Assembly: GCA_020536535.1 (NCBI GenBank)
Contig: JAHLWZ010000034.1
Span: forward strand, 10,827-74,826
Length of the DNA: 64,000 nt
Direction: 5' to 3'
Source of the DNA: Pelomyxa schiedti
Taxonomy: Eukaryota; Protista; Evosea
Shown here in pieces: positions 1-13,636 of this stretch. The notes beneath the pieces were generated by a model, which was not told the DNA's origin, ran no database searches, and saw nothing but the letters and a program-made list of their open reading frames with translations. Each line of letters starts with the position of its first letter. Positions within the stretch are counted from its first letter, which is position 1. Both the position numbers and the translations under genes were made by a program.

Positions 1-1006
1 AGAAAACCTCCAGTGTAGTTTTCAAATTCGTCAGTTACATGTATATCACATGCAATGGGACCGCGGGAGTATCTGCATAGTATGTTTGTTGTCATTCCGA
101 GTAAATAAAGTATACATTTCAGGTAGCATGCGTTTTTCTCCTACAACGTTACCATACTCAGACACGTAGTAACTGGTGTAGTTTGTCACTGCGAAGCAGT
201 TATGCGACCAATCACAATTTCTGCAAATGTTCGCTGGTTCACAGGTATTGTCGACAGCTTCATAGGCCTAAAGATATTTTTGCTTACTTTTCGTTGGGTT
301 TTTCCATATTTGACACACCTGACAGGTATCATCTGGAATACCAGTTTGGTAGATATAGTCATACGTGCCAAGCGCATTGCCACCTTCGCAATTTCCAGCC
401 TTAAAACAGTATAGGGAATTTCCAGGAACTGTAATTACAATTCAAACCTGCTTTCCACAGTTTATAACAACTTGAATGGCTGGAATCACATCTGGCCACA
501 CTGCTTTTCGCATGATTTTCAATCTGTCAGCCAAAGAACTTATGCTTCCGTGTGCCCAGCAACTGCCACAATACACAGGAATGTGCTGGTTGAGATCCTT
601 GGTGCAATAATTGACGCCATTAACGTTACGCCAGTCTACAAGCGAGATTAAGTTGAATGTAACCAGATTAAGACGGTAAAATACCCCAAAAGTCAGGAAC
701 ATCGTCTATAGGTATGTACTGGAGATTTTTGGTATAAAAAAAGTACCAACACTTAGAAGGGAAAAAACCTCGTGTGGTTCTGGAGAAAATATATGTGACG
801 TTTTATGCTAGAATGAAGAGTCAATATTTGTACCCAATCACCACTGAAAAAAACCAAAGCAAAACAAAACAAAAAAATAAGAAGTAAGGTACCTTCTCGT
901 AGTCGAAAGATTCCGGGATCTTGATTTCGTTCCCCCTCTTGTAGATCCCAGCCACAACGGAACCGGCTAAAGCAACCAGCACAACAATGCACCCAACCCC
1001 GCGCAT
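1..1006 (-). CDS. CTSZ: Cathepsin Z/X-like papain-family (C1A) cysteine protease, multi-exon, 3' end outside window
   Basis: ATG at 1006 gives signal peptide [20 protein letters not shown]; exon ~455-640 encodes [31 protein letters not shown] with catalytic Cys and the HIP mini-loop typical of cathepsin X; GPIACDI near 40-65. Confidence 0.9.
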
Positions 1007-1341
1007 CAGATCTGGTAGTGGCGGTTTCTTATGCCCTTTCTGCGGGTTTCGCGAAACAGACTGATGGAGGCACAAAAACATCTCCTGGTGCAATCCTCGC
1101 TTCTTCGAGGCAGCATTGAGAATACATCCCGATTGGATTTATAACACCCCCTCATCGAAGCCATGGCTGCTTCTGGAGGTAATTTGCGGCACAAATCGCC
1201 CGAGGTTGTTGTTTCAGTGTTTTTGGAAAGCCAAGAAATCTAACTAGGCTGGCTCCCGTTGCCATTGAGGAGTTTCCAAAGGCAATGACTTCATCTTGAA
1301 TTGGTACTCAATTGTTTGATCGCACCAATTGGGTTCCATAG

Positions 1342-2152
<811 letters not shown>

Positions 2153-2399
2153 ATACAAGTAGTCAACGTTTGTGTCCAATAGCACCAGTAAAATCAACAG
2201 GGATTCTGTTTTGGGTTCTGTTTGAGTTATTTTTGTTGTGTTGGTGCTGGTTTCAGTGTTGTCTCCTGACACTTGAACTTCCAAGTTGGAAGAAGCCCTT
2301 CAATGAAAAGAAACCCACAACGGTTAATAAACTCAGCCGGTACGTGCGCCAGCGGTTAGTAAATTGCCGAAAACAACAAAACAAAAAACCAATTCTTGA

Positions 2400-4088
2400 A
2401 TGGAACAGGATGGTGCCAGGTACTTCAGGGTGGGAGACGTCCGGGGAGATGGAGACGGTGAGGAGAGGGGGCCCGCAGGATACGAGTACGCGCGGTACAA
2501 CAGCGGGGGCGGGGGGGCAGAGGGAGGAGACGGGAGGGGCGGGCCCCCGGCGGCGGCGGGGTGCTGGGTCCTGCTGCACCCCGGGTCGCGGTTCATGGGG
2601 AGCGGGGCGGCTCAGTCCCCTGTGGCGATTGGCGGCCGCCCTTTTGTGGGGTACTTCCCTTGGTTGCTGGTGCGTGCGTGCGTGTTCCCGGCCCATAATT
2701 CCCTCCCTTTGTGTTGTGGTTTATGTATTTTCGGTGGTGTTGCGGTAGTGAGTGGGAATAAGGAAATAAGTATTCGTGGGAACTGGTAACAGTTTTATTG
2801 TAGGACATACAGAGGTTTATATCGAGGAGGAATGATAATTCCAAGGCTGCTCCGGAAGGAACCGACGTGCTTGCCGCTGATGAAAATAGGGGCGAATCGA
2901 CATTGGAATTTGTGGAGCTATCATCAGAAGAATTTGAGGTGGTGGCAAGCAAAATGTTGGATGGGGAGAACTTTGTTATAACCGTTGCTATTTTGGCTGA
3001 CGAGTTGTTGCCACGGCTGGATACTATTACTGTTGGACGAATGACAAGGGTGCGTTCTTGAATAGTTCAATGAAGTTCTTTTCTCTCTCTCTGGTAACTG
3101 AATTTTTTCTAGGTATGCACTGTTTGGAGAAGAGTAGCACAACGGAATAGGTTCTGGATGCCCAGTGTTGAAAGGCTAAGAGTAATACACAGCCAGGGTC
3201 AACCCTCGAAATTTAGTGACCCTCCAAATCCACCCGAGTTTTACTGGTACCAGCAGTGGCTATTACTTATTTCTACGAGTAATCCAGCCTTATGGAAAAT
3301 AGAGAGTGTACAGAGCTTAACCTCTTGGAAGTCCTTCCAACACTCCATTAGGGAGGTGTCACAAAGATGCTATATATTTCCAAAAGGAAGCCCAGGCTCC
3401 AACTTGCACCTAATCCTTTTGGAGAGCCAGAGTCATACCACAGATGCCCCTGGTGCAAGGCTTCGCAGATGGCGGTTTTCCAGCACCTCAATTCTGTGGA
3501 CAATGAAACCATACAGGAAGTGTGCCCCAAGTGTTCCTGTGCCCTAGTAACTCTCTTCACACGGTGTGTATGTCCCTCCCTATATTTCATTAACATAACA
3601 TCACACACAACCAATCAACCTGCCAACCAATCCATAGTCCCCGTGGCCGGGAAACAACCGGCAACTGGGTCGCCATTGGATTAGCACCACCACCCCAAAG
3701 ATGTTGGTGGCGGAAACCTCCACCCATAATTGGAAGAGTACCCCACGTTCCAGACATGGCCGCACCTCCATTTCCACTTTCCTCGGCATCATCCATCTAC
3801 AGGGACCCAGCCTACGCGCACCCCACCGTACCTCCTCTACCTCCACTGCCACCTCCACCACCACCACCTCCTCCTCCTCCTCAGCATCTTCCGCCGCCGC
3901 CGCCACCACTGGCACACCACGAAATCATCCACCCAGCGATTGCTCCTCCTCGTGAGCCTGTAGACACACCAGATACCGTGGATGTGGAATTCTTGCCCCT
4001 GGTCACCACAACACTCCAGCACCCCTCCTTCAGGCCCTTTGTCTTCCCCCCTCCTTTCCACCCTCCTCCCTCAAGCCACAACACTTGA
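2400..4088 (+). CDS. F-box protein with CxxC..CxxC zinc-ribbon-like motif and Pro-rich C-terminus
   Basis: Spliced AILADELLPRLDTITVGRMTR|VCTVWRRVAQRNRFW fits F-box pattern; HRCPWCK...VCPKC at ~3435-3535; last exon (~3638-4088) open and Pro-rich. Confidence 0.6.
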
Positions 4089-4196
4089 CTGCTGCCCACA
4101 AATGGCTACCCCAACCATGTTCAAGAATTGGTGTTTGATGAAAACATGCTTTTATATTTTTTGTTTTGTTGAGATCTGTGGGGCAGCTCAATAGAT

Positions 4197-6150
4197 TTAC
4201 AAAGGGGAGTTCATAGTAAGGGTATTATGGCGAGAACTGGAACAGGGTGTCGTTCCTTCAGGTGGAGAACCTTGACTCGTATGTTGCGGTGTGCAACCTG
4301 TGTTGTGTGGTTAGTCCTTGTAGGTATGGTACCTTGGGTTTTGTGTTTACCGGGTATGCCAAGTCATCAAGAGAAGCACGTTGCATAACTTCCATTCCGG
4401 CAACCTATTAAAATGTCGGAAGCTGTTTGCAGAGGTTGACGTCTTACGGTTATTGGTGTGGTGAAAAACTTGAATGTTCTCTTAGTCGAAGCCTTGTGGG
4501 TTATATCTAAGATAAATGTGCTTATCGAGTAACTTGAGGTGAGCCTTTACCTACAATCATGTCACGCTCTAGCTGTTCTTTGCTCAAAAACCAAGATTGG
4601 TCTGCATTAAACTCATCATAGTCGATCTGGTAGCAACCCCACTCATTTTTCAAGAAAATCATAGACTTTGCGTCATCAAACACGATGTCATCACCTTGTA
4701 GTACAGCCTGTTATCCGATTATTTTTTCATCATTCCCCAGAAAGTGATTATATCTTAACCACCAAAAAGTTCTACAAAACCTTGGCCTGTTCGTAATTTA
4801 GGGCACCTTTCCACCCACGTGCCTTGGTGAGATCGGCCAGAGTTGTATTCAAAACTTCATCTGTCAAAGACCACTCTGAATAGAGTGGTTAGTAACAAAA
4901 GGTGTGAAGTGAGTGTACCAACAAAGAGTGAGGTAAGAGGACCCCAAGCAGGCAAGTCTGGTAAGGTGTCAAAATTTAGTACAAAAGAATAAATATTTAC
5001 ACACTCCAAAGTTTACTTTGGGCCCAAATTGATTGAGACCCTACCTCAACAATTGGGGCACTTTCGTCTGTCTGACGTCTAATAACATGTTTAAACGGCT
5101 TGGGATGAAAGTTGAATCTGGGAAGTTTTAGTACATAAAGCTCCTGCCAATGGAATATATACCTGGCAATTACCCCAGATGCAAAACCTTTATTTGTCTC
5201 TAGCAAACGCAGATCGACAGAGCGGCCAGATCCATGCCTCTCATAGACCACAGAAAGGAGAAGAGGAGTTCCAGTAATTGGAACCACTACTGACTTGAGA
5301 AAGAGCACTTAGCAGGGGTATACCAGAAGTAGGGAAGTACTTCAGTCGCATCATCCACTGTAATACCAGGCCAAGCTTGAATCCTTTTTTTAAGGCTATT
5401 GAATGAAATGATTCTCCCAGCACTGATAGATACCTCTAAGGTAATCTAAGTATACATTACTTAGTCCAATACATTACCAGAAGGTTGTCCTAGATGTGGT
5501 GTTGCACCATTACCACGGATGAGATCCACAACAAAGTTCTGAGAGTTTCAGTAATGTGTTGCACTCGGTATGGCATTACCTTCTTGATGCAAGGAAAATC
5601 TTCCTTCTTTATTGAGAAAACACCCACCAATTTCTCCCTTGCAACAACATTGTGGTCCCATACTTCACCACGTATCTTAAAGGGGAAAAAGTGAACATGC
5701 TGTGTTGCCAAAAAAATGGAAATAACCTCGCCAATAGTACCAAGTGCAAAAAAAATCTGTCTCCAAACTGGCTCCGTATTTTTTTCGGCGATTCTGGTCA
5801 TGAATGTCTCTTCAAAACAAGTTCAGTGCCAAATTGAAATATTTATAGACACATACGACGACACCCAGGAATGTTCAACTTAACGTAGGGGTCAATAGAA
5901 CCAAAAATGTCCACCTAGGAGAAATTTTGCTTTCAGTAAAATAAGAAATGCAATGCAACCCACCCAATACTATCGCCACACAAAAACTAACTTTTGGTAA
6001 GTTCGAAGCAGAGTGGACTTTGAAGGTATAACAATATTCGTCATCGTCAGCAGCAGGAACCGTAGTTGTGGTAGTTGTAGTGGTCGCGACTGCCGGTTCT
6101 ACGACAACGCTCGCGGTTGTCATGGTCGCCCCCTCTGTCTCCCCGCTCAT
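4197..6150 (-). CDS. C2-domain-containing protein of unknown function (multi-exon; 3' end approximate)
   Basis: FKVHSASNLPK|MDIFGSIDPYVK...TRIAEKNTEPVWRQ...EVWDHNVVAREKLVG is a C2 signature; further minus-strand exons down to ~4200. Confidence 0.7.
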
Positions 6151-6232
6151 GGTCCGTTGTTGGTTTTTTTTTTTTTTTGTGTTTTTTCTGATCTTTGTGC
6201 TTTTTTGACATGAATGTCTAGAAGCTCTTCAA

Positions 6233-6852
6233 ATGAACCGAAAGATGAAACTCTACGTTGTTGATGGAGGAGGTGACAACTCAGTAGTCATGTTGAGCAC
6301 CAACACCCTGAATGCATTGGGTCTATTCAGGGGTGACATTGTCATAGTGTCAAACAATGGGAGGGTTTGTTTTGTCTGTTTTGGTTTTTGTGAAGAAACT
6401 GAATGACACACCTCAGGACACTGCATTGATTGCGCTTGCTGATGGCACATATGATGACCAGAATGTTGGGCTACCTCTGGTTGCAAGAACCAACCTTGGC
6501 GTTGATCTTGGCAGGCCAGTTGAGCTAACTGTATGTCCAAATGCATTCGCAACACCATTCACAGCAAACAATACACTGGCCATCAATGATATAATATTCG
6601 TTATCCTTAATTAATTCACTCGCTCACTGCACGGCAGGAACTGACTACGGTACAATATGCCACCAGAATAACTGTTCTTCCCGTGGAGGGATCACCCCTC
6701 CCTCAAGGCTGCAATGTATTCGATACCTTCCTCCGGCCCTACTTTACAGACAGCTACCGGCCCGTTAGGGAAGGGGACTACTTCACCATTCAACACCAAA
6801 GATCCTTTGTTGAATTCCAAATCACAGCCACAGACCCCTCTCCCTACTGTAT
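6233..6852 (+). CDS. CDC48: CDC48/p97-like N-terminal domain (divergent; truncated by gap)
   Basis: LYVVDGGGDNSVVMLSTNTLNALGLFRGDIV...ARTNLGVDLG...FDTFLRPYFTDSYRPVREGDYF...VEFQITATDPSPYC matches CDC48_N/CDC48_2 subdomains. Confidence 0.8.
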
Positions 6853-6952
6853 NNNNNNNNNNNNNNNNNNNNNNNNNNNNNNNNNNNNNNNNNNNNNNNN
6901 NNNNNNNNNNNNNNNNNNNNNNNNNNNNNNNNNNNNNNNNNNNNNNNNNNNN
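6853..6952. other. Scaffold gap (100 N)
   Basis: Run of exactly 100 N. Confidence 1.
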
Positions 6953-9900
6953 ATTACCCAAATGCATTTTTTTATTATTTCCTGGGGTAGTTATTTTACT
7001 TGTACAAAGAAATCCTTCAGAGGAGCTTGACGAATGGACGTCAGATCTGTATAACATTACACAGCTTGGGTTTAATGCCATTAAGGTTTGTATTTATACA
7101 ATTAAATTGCATGTTATTTGTTGATGCCTCTCCAAGGTATGGGTTGACTGGGCAACCTGCGAATCAACGGAGGGAGTATTTAACTTTGAGTCCCTCCTTC
7201 AAGTCCTCTCTATTATCCGAAATAACGACTTCAACTTGAAGGTTTTCTTTTCCCGTTCTTTTCTTGAAACACCTGACAAATACCGCAAAAAAGGTAGTAG
7301 TGCAAGTGTATGCAGACAGTGCTCCAGAGTGGGTTTACACGAAAGTATTCTCCATTTCCAAGACAAACTTGTTACTTATCATTTGCAGTACCCAGATGGA
7401 GAGTTTGTTGGGTCCAATGATAGACATATACATTCACAGGCAGCACCTGGGTTTTGCTTGGATCACCCAGGGGTACGAGCTCTGGTAATGAACTTTTACA
7501 AACAGGTTGGACTTGTTACCAAAAGTTACTCAGATCTCATCTATGCATTTGGTAATCCTTGATCCTCCCCCAGCCAGTTTTTGTAAAGGTGACATAAAGA
7601 TGTATGGAGTGAACCTCATGTTGTGAACTGGATCTGGTTCTGGGACATGGATGCGGAAGAAGTGGAATTCTGTTACTGTGATCACTCTCTTTCTCGTTTT
7701 CGTGATTGGCTGAAGGTCCAATACAATAGTAGCATCGATGCACTTAATAGCGTTTGGTATTTTCATGGAGAAAATAACGCGTTATTAACTGAACCGTCAA
7801 AGGTACAGAACTTTCTCCTCTTGGGAGGAGGTAACACCTCCTCGTTTTGGAACTATTATTGCTTATTCTGACTATCTCGATTGGCTGTATCGCTACACAA
7901 CAGATAAATTAGCTGAGGTGCCACTTCAGCTCTTCCCAAATTCCAACTCTGTATTTAGGATCTTAGTGCAAAGGCGTCTTCAGTTATGTCCGGCTTTGGG
8001 AATTCAGTGATTGTCACCTCGCATTCTGCTAGTCCTTCTGTAATTAACAGCCCCCTTTCTGATTATGGAACGCCAGGTATTTTGGTGGACATCTATCCTC
8101 TTCTAAGACTTTCAAGATGACTGGAAAATGTTCACCTCAATTCGAACACTTTCTCCCAGGTAGTCATTCACTTTCCATTTCTTGTTTTAAGTTTTATAAA
8201 GTTCCGGGTTTTATGGAACAAGTATATATCCTTATCATGCACAGGCACCGTTAGGTCTTTTTTTTTATTTTTGTATACTTCTGACTGAAAATAGGTGGAA
8301 GAGATGAAGTTTCAAGAAGTTATCAGTTTTCTGGTGAATACTCTGCTAGCAGAGGCAATGGATTCTTTGTAGGGGAGGTGTGTCCAATGGATTCCAACAG
8401 TGTAGTCACTGGCACTTAGTTGCAAGCTGGGCAAGGTGCTACAGGAATTCAAGTAAATGTACCTGTTACTGCTGATGATCACAGAGACTGGGTGTGGAGT
8501 CTTATAGCCCATGGAGCCAAGTCAATTTTTTTTTATGCCTATTATCCAATGAATTCAGGTAATTGGCATTGTTGCGTATCAACCCTTACAGTAAATAGGA
8601 TATGAAGCAGGGTATTTTAATGGGATTAGTTTCTTCGCACCTCATCACATTCCCTAGTGGCTATGGACTGATAAATCTTGATGGAACACCTACTGACAGA
8701 GCTATATCAAGTGGTTCGATAGCTGCTATCGTAAGTCAATATCAGTCACTCTTGGCACGGACTTTTCCAGAGCCAGCGCAAGTGGCAATTATGTATAATC
8801 CTGTGAGCTCCACTGCATTTTGGAAACAACCTGCTAATCTTAACAGTTGGCGTATTTCTCTGGTGGGAATACTGTTGGTCCAGGGACTGATATTTATCAC
8901 AGTCAGTTTGGAGTGTATTCAGCATTTTTCGAATTAGGGACTGGAGTGGGTGTAGATTTTGTGCACGCCTCTGATGTGGAACAAGGAATACTTACAGGAA
9001 GTCCGTATAAAGTACATTCCCCAATCCCACCCCTTCGTATGTTGAGTGTCTTTGCACAGCTGCTGTACCTTCCCTTCCCTATTGCTATTTCCAAGGCTTG
9101 CGCAAGTGCACTTAAGCAGTATATAGAAAACGGTGGCACTGTTGTAAGCGAAGCAAGGCTTGCTTGGACCGATGAATTTGGAGATGCTAATACTAAGATA
9201 CCAGGCCTCGATTTGGATCAGGTATTGCGATCCTCCCTCCCAAAAATAAAACGTACTAGGTTTTTGGAGTTGAAGAGGATATTCTGAGACCAGTTCTTAC
9301 TGCAGGGACTCGTGGTTGCCTATCTTCCTACAGTTATACATTCACAGCAGATTCTCCTGTGTCAATCAGTGGGCTCACTGTTGCCTCAGACTTATTTGAG
9401 GAAACTTTAATTGCAGACGGTTGAGTTACTCTTTTCAATTCCCCACCATCTGAACTTTATAGAAAATGCCACCGTCTGGGCCAAATTTGACTCTGATGGA
9501 ACCCCAGCAGTTGTTGAATACACCTACGGCCTTGGAAGGACACTATTTATTGGAGCATACCTTGGACTTGCCGCATATGATGGAGATCCTAATGCTACCA
9601 AGGTAAATGAGGAAGACTGAAAACGGAAACAAAGATTGCAGGTAATTCAAGCACTTAGAGACTGGGCAGGAGTAAGTTCCCTGATTGTAAAAACAACTGG
9701 GGGAGTTGCAGGACTTGATTTGCGCCTACTTCTAACAGGTGCCCCAAAATTTTTGATTCGTTCTAATACTAACACAGATTCTTCTGAATATGTGTTGGTT
9801 GCCCTCAACCGTGCCAGCACATCATGCAAGCCGTCTGTGGAAATCGGGCTCACATTCTCAAAGGCGAAAGATATCACCACTAACACAATGCTTGCAGTAA

Positions 9901-9977
9901 AGTCCAATGGGGGCACCACAACAGTAACATTGCCAACTCTTAATTCCTTGGCAGCCAGTGTAGTTTGGCTCTATTAA
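6953..9977 (+). CDS. GH42 beta-galactosidase, intron-rich; 5' end in gap
   Basis: GFNAIK|VWVDWATCESTEGVFNF, SAPEWV, FCLDHPG, WDVWSEPH (acid/base Glu), FCYCDHS..FRDWLK..Y.SIDALN..W, FFVGE|LQAGQG (nucleophile), IAHGAKSIFFY, trimerisation domain LKQYIENGGTVV; stop 9977. Confidence 0.88.
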
Positions 9978-10047
9978 GATGCTAAAAAAAACGGTTATTT
10001 TTTAATTTGTTGTGGCATCATATACATGGACTATACTACACACAGCA

Positions 10048-11605
10048 CTACAATTTGTGCTCTTTTATTAATTGTCTGACGAGAGCCGCTTGCGGGTTTA
10101 CTTCTGGCGTCTGAATATATCTCAAGAACATGTGGGCCAATCGTTTTCTCAGACCTTGTGGATACGATGTGAGAAATTGAGAAAGACAGTAGTTGACGAA
10201 CCTTCCATGTTTTTTACATTCACTCCCCTAGATGTTAGCACTGCCTCGCGGTCCACGAGGGCAATTATTTCTTGTGTGGTAGGAGGGGCCGGAAATTGCT
10301 GTTACATAGGTTGGTATCAAATGAATGGAGTGAAGGTGACCATACTGTTACTATTTCAGCCACACTGTTGAGGATTTCTGTCCTGGCTTCAGCAATTATG
10401 TCAGGTTGTATGAGTTGGTTATAGAGTTGCCACAGGTGTTGTGCATGTTTAATTTCTGGAGTTTCAACTAGAATGCGTTTGCCATCAGAAGCAGTGATAA
10501 CCTTTGGGGCAGCCATCTAACGTTCTGTTATCACTGATATGGTAGGGAATATGTAATCTTTGCTACCTTGGACAGCATTTTTTGCACTTTGTTGTACTGA
10601 AGCTGGGGGGAACAATCATGCTTCATTCTCTCTATGGTCTGCAAATATTTGGTGTACTCACGAAACAATGCCGACAAAGCTTTTCGTCTTTCCATGTCAC
10701 TTAAGGAGGCAGTGTTGATTTTTTCTACTTCTCGGAATTTCCATTCTTTATTTTTTCGATTAGATCGTGGCACAGGTATGGGTAGACTCCAACCTTCTAC
10801 TTTTTTTACCATGGAGGCAAAATCAGCTAGGGTTTCGGGACTCCTTCTACAGTCAAGCAAATTAGTCAGTGAAATTTCACTTGTGACACTAAAAACGAAG
10901 GTGAAATAAGGCTAGGTATAGAGGAAGTGTGAACCTCTCTTTCTCTGGCATGGTGGCCATATACTCTTGAAGTCGTAGCTTCTCATTCCTGAGTTGTTTC
11001 AGTTTCTTTCTCGCAAGGAATATTCTAGCAGCCCCTTGAATTGTGGTGGCCTAAAAGAAATAAGTGGGAAAAAATAAAACTGGTCTTCAACAGCTTCATT
11101 TTGCTTCCTGTCAAGTTCTTCTGTTGTCATATATGGTCTCGGTACTATGACACGGTCACTCGATTCGTCAATATACACACCAGCCGTTGGCTGATTAAAA
11201 AAAGGATGACCATTAACGAAAGATGAAGTTGGAAATATGAAGTACCATTTGAGTTCCGGTACTGACTACTGTTTGTGTGGCTTGACTCCGAAATCGGGGG
11301 CAGTCCCATGCATTTGTTTGGGTGGATTCGTCTGAAGAGGGATTTGTTTTCCTCTGCCAGGTCAATTGGGATTTGATTAAAATTACAATACAAGAGGTAC
11401 CCTGGGAAGAGGGTCGGTCTGTGTTTGTGCATTATAACATATAAGTCCAGATATACGGTGCCTATAGCCACCAATGAAGGGTTTTATCCCTCTAAAGGGA
11501 GTTACAAACACAACTATAGAACACTGCTTTTCAGGAACTGAATGTATCTTAGATGTGTATTTGATTGGGTTGTGGAGTTCACACTTTCAACCACCCTGGA
11601 AAAAT
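10048..11605 (-). CDS. IQUB: IQUB/FAP253-like axonemal radial-spoke protein; 5' end in gap
   Basis: KPFIGGYRHRISGLICYNAQTQT; RRSPETLADFASMVKKVEGW; KALSALFREYTKYLQTIERMK; QEIIALVDREAVLTSRG...GLRKRLAHMFLRYIQTPEVNPQA match conserved IQUB blocks in order; TAG at 10048-10050. Confidence 0.85.
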
Positions 11606-11705
11606 NNNNNNNNNNNNNNNNNNNNNNNNNNNNNNNNNNNNNNNNNNNNNNNNNNNNNNNNNNNNNNNNNNNNNNNNNNNNNNNNNNNNNNNNNNNNNNN
11701 NNNNN
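11606..11705. other. Scaffold gap (100 N)
   Basis: Run of exactly 100 N. Confidence 1.
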
Positions 11706-13636
11706 AAACACGAAATTAACAACAACCCTCAAAAGGTGTTTGGGAAGTGGCTGGCGTCCAAGATCCCTCAGTCTCTCAGAGACACCCTAGACACCAACGA
11801 ACTCTCTCACCCTCGCCCCGAAGGGTCTTTTTCCTCTCCATCTGATGAACCACCACCTTTGGCACCCACGTCCACCTCCTCAGTCTCATCTCCGTCCCAG
11901 TCTCAATCCTCAGTCGTCACTACTAACACGACGGCTGCTTCTGCTTTTCTTTTGGCTTCGTCTTCGTCTTCCTCCTCCTCCTCGCTTGCAGTTGCAAATT
12001 CGACGTCATCAACAGGAAGGGGTATTTTTGAGCTTGTGAGTGACGGTCTTGTTCTAGAGGCAGTTATGGACAGTTGCTATGGAATTCGTTCTGCTCCTGG
12101 TGATAGGTGCACACCAATCAATCAAACTTCTGGCTTGGCTGCAAAGACGGCCAAATACGAGAATTGTCTGCATGTATTAACTGCCGCTCAAAAGGCTAAT
12201 ATACCCTATGCTGCTGTGGTTACCCCATTAGGTGCGTTATTAAGATATGGATTGCCACTATAAACTCATATTTTATCATTTTTCTTTAGACATCAACAAT
12301 GGGAATCAGACGGCAATCTTAAACCTCGTATGGGGATTGATATCGTTTACCTGGCTGCGGGGTACAATTTTTTTCCTTTTTCTTTCTATTAAGCAAATCA
12401 AATCAAAAATCAGATAAACCAGGAAGCACAGCCACAGACGCCCGCAAAACACTCCTCGACTGGGTCAATTCTCGCATCAAGGACAGTGGACCACCAGTTA
12501 TCGATTTTTGTCACAGGTTAATTCTACTTTTAGAAGCACCACAAATTCTTCTCTATTCTATCATATCGCCTTTATATCAACCCTCTCTTCCACCCACACT
12601 CGTTGGTTGATAGTGCAAAATTACAAGCTGGCATGATGGGACTGCTCTTTGCCGTCTTTTGAACTCCTTTATTCCAAACTCTTTATCACCAGGCAAATTA
12701 ACTCAGGTTTGCAAATATCTTGTTCTTAAAGCTCATATACAAAAGGATTCCACGGGGAATCTACTGCTTGTATTAGAGAAAATATCATCCGTTTTAGCTA
12801 TTTTACCATGGATTGAGTCCTGGGAAGCTGCTACCGCCATGGAACCTGAAGAACGATGTATTATGACGTAAGGATCTTTGTTTTCCTTTATTCCAACAAT
12901 CAGTGCAGGTACATCGGTGAGTTCTACAACTATGGAAGGAGGCACAATTCCGCCTCAGTTGTTGTCGTATCACCGGCTGTATGTAAAATAGAAGCTTTAC
13001 GTATTTGTCTAATTCTTAACAGGAAGAAAAACTGAGAAGGGAGAAGGCACAGCTAGAACTAGTAAGAAAGTGCACTTAAATTATTTTCTAATCTTTAATA
13101 GGAAATGAGGCAACTGCAGCATACACAATCTATTCTCAAAGTGCGGGCGAACGAAACGGAAAGGGTAATTATTATTATTAATAATTTTATTAATTTCTCC
13201 TGACTTGCTTATCCAAATTTTTCATTGAACAATGCAGATGCTAAGCCCTGTCATTAAAGAGGGATTTTTAGTGAAACAAGGCAAAGTTGTAAAATCATGG
13301 AAACGGCGATGGTTTGCACTCAAACAAGATGGGCTCTATTATTTTTCGAATGTAGGATTCCCTGCATTGGCTTCCTCGCGTCTAAATCCAAAAAAACCCA
13401 AAAATCAGAGAACGGATTGGAAACCTCTTGGAGCCATTCCACTATCACAAATAGTCAAAATAGGGGCTGCTGAAGATACCAAGAATTCCTCCTGGATAGT
13501 TCCGGCACACGCATCACCCTACACTTTTGTTATAAAATCGGAGCAGCGGGATCTCTACTGCACTTGCACGTGTGAGTCCGAAATGCAAGACTGGATCAAC
13601 ACAATCAACACTCTCCTGGAGCGTACAAGGACCTGA
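11706..13636 (+). CDS. Tandem calponin-homology (actin-binding) protein with C-terminal PH domain; 5' end in gap
   Basis: QKVFGKWL..SDGLVL..DINNGNQTAILNLVWGLI (CH1); LLDWVNSRI..SWHDGTALCRLL..EERCIMTYIGEFY (CH2); IKEGFLVKQGKVVKSWKRRWFAL..EMQDWINTI (PH). Confidence 0.85.

Noticed and set aside
3836-3910. CCA/CCT and similar triplet runs (also 22245-22272, 38710-38840)
   Set aside because: Coding low-complexity tracts (poly-Pro/Thr/Ser), not independent repeat elements
6683-7124. ORFs running through N gaps (CDC48-GH42 fusion; also 62769-63404)
   Set aside because: Artefacts of translating 100-N placeholders of unknown true size
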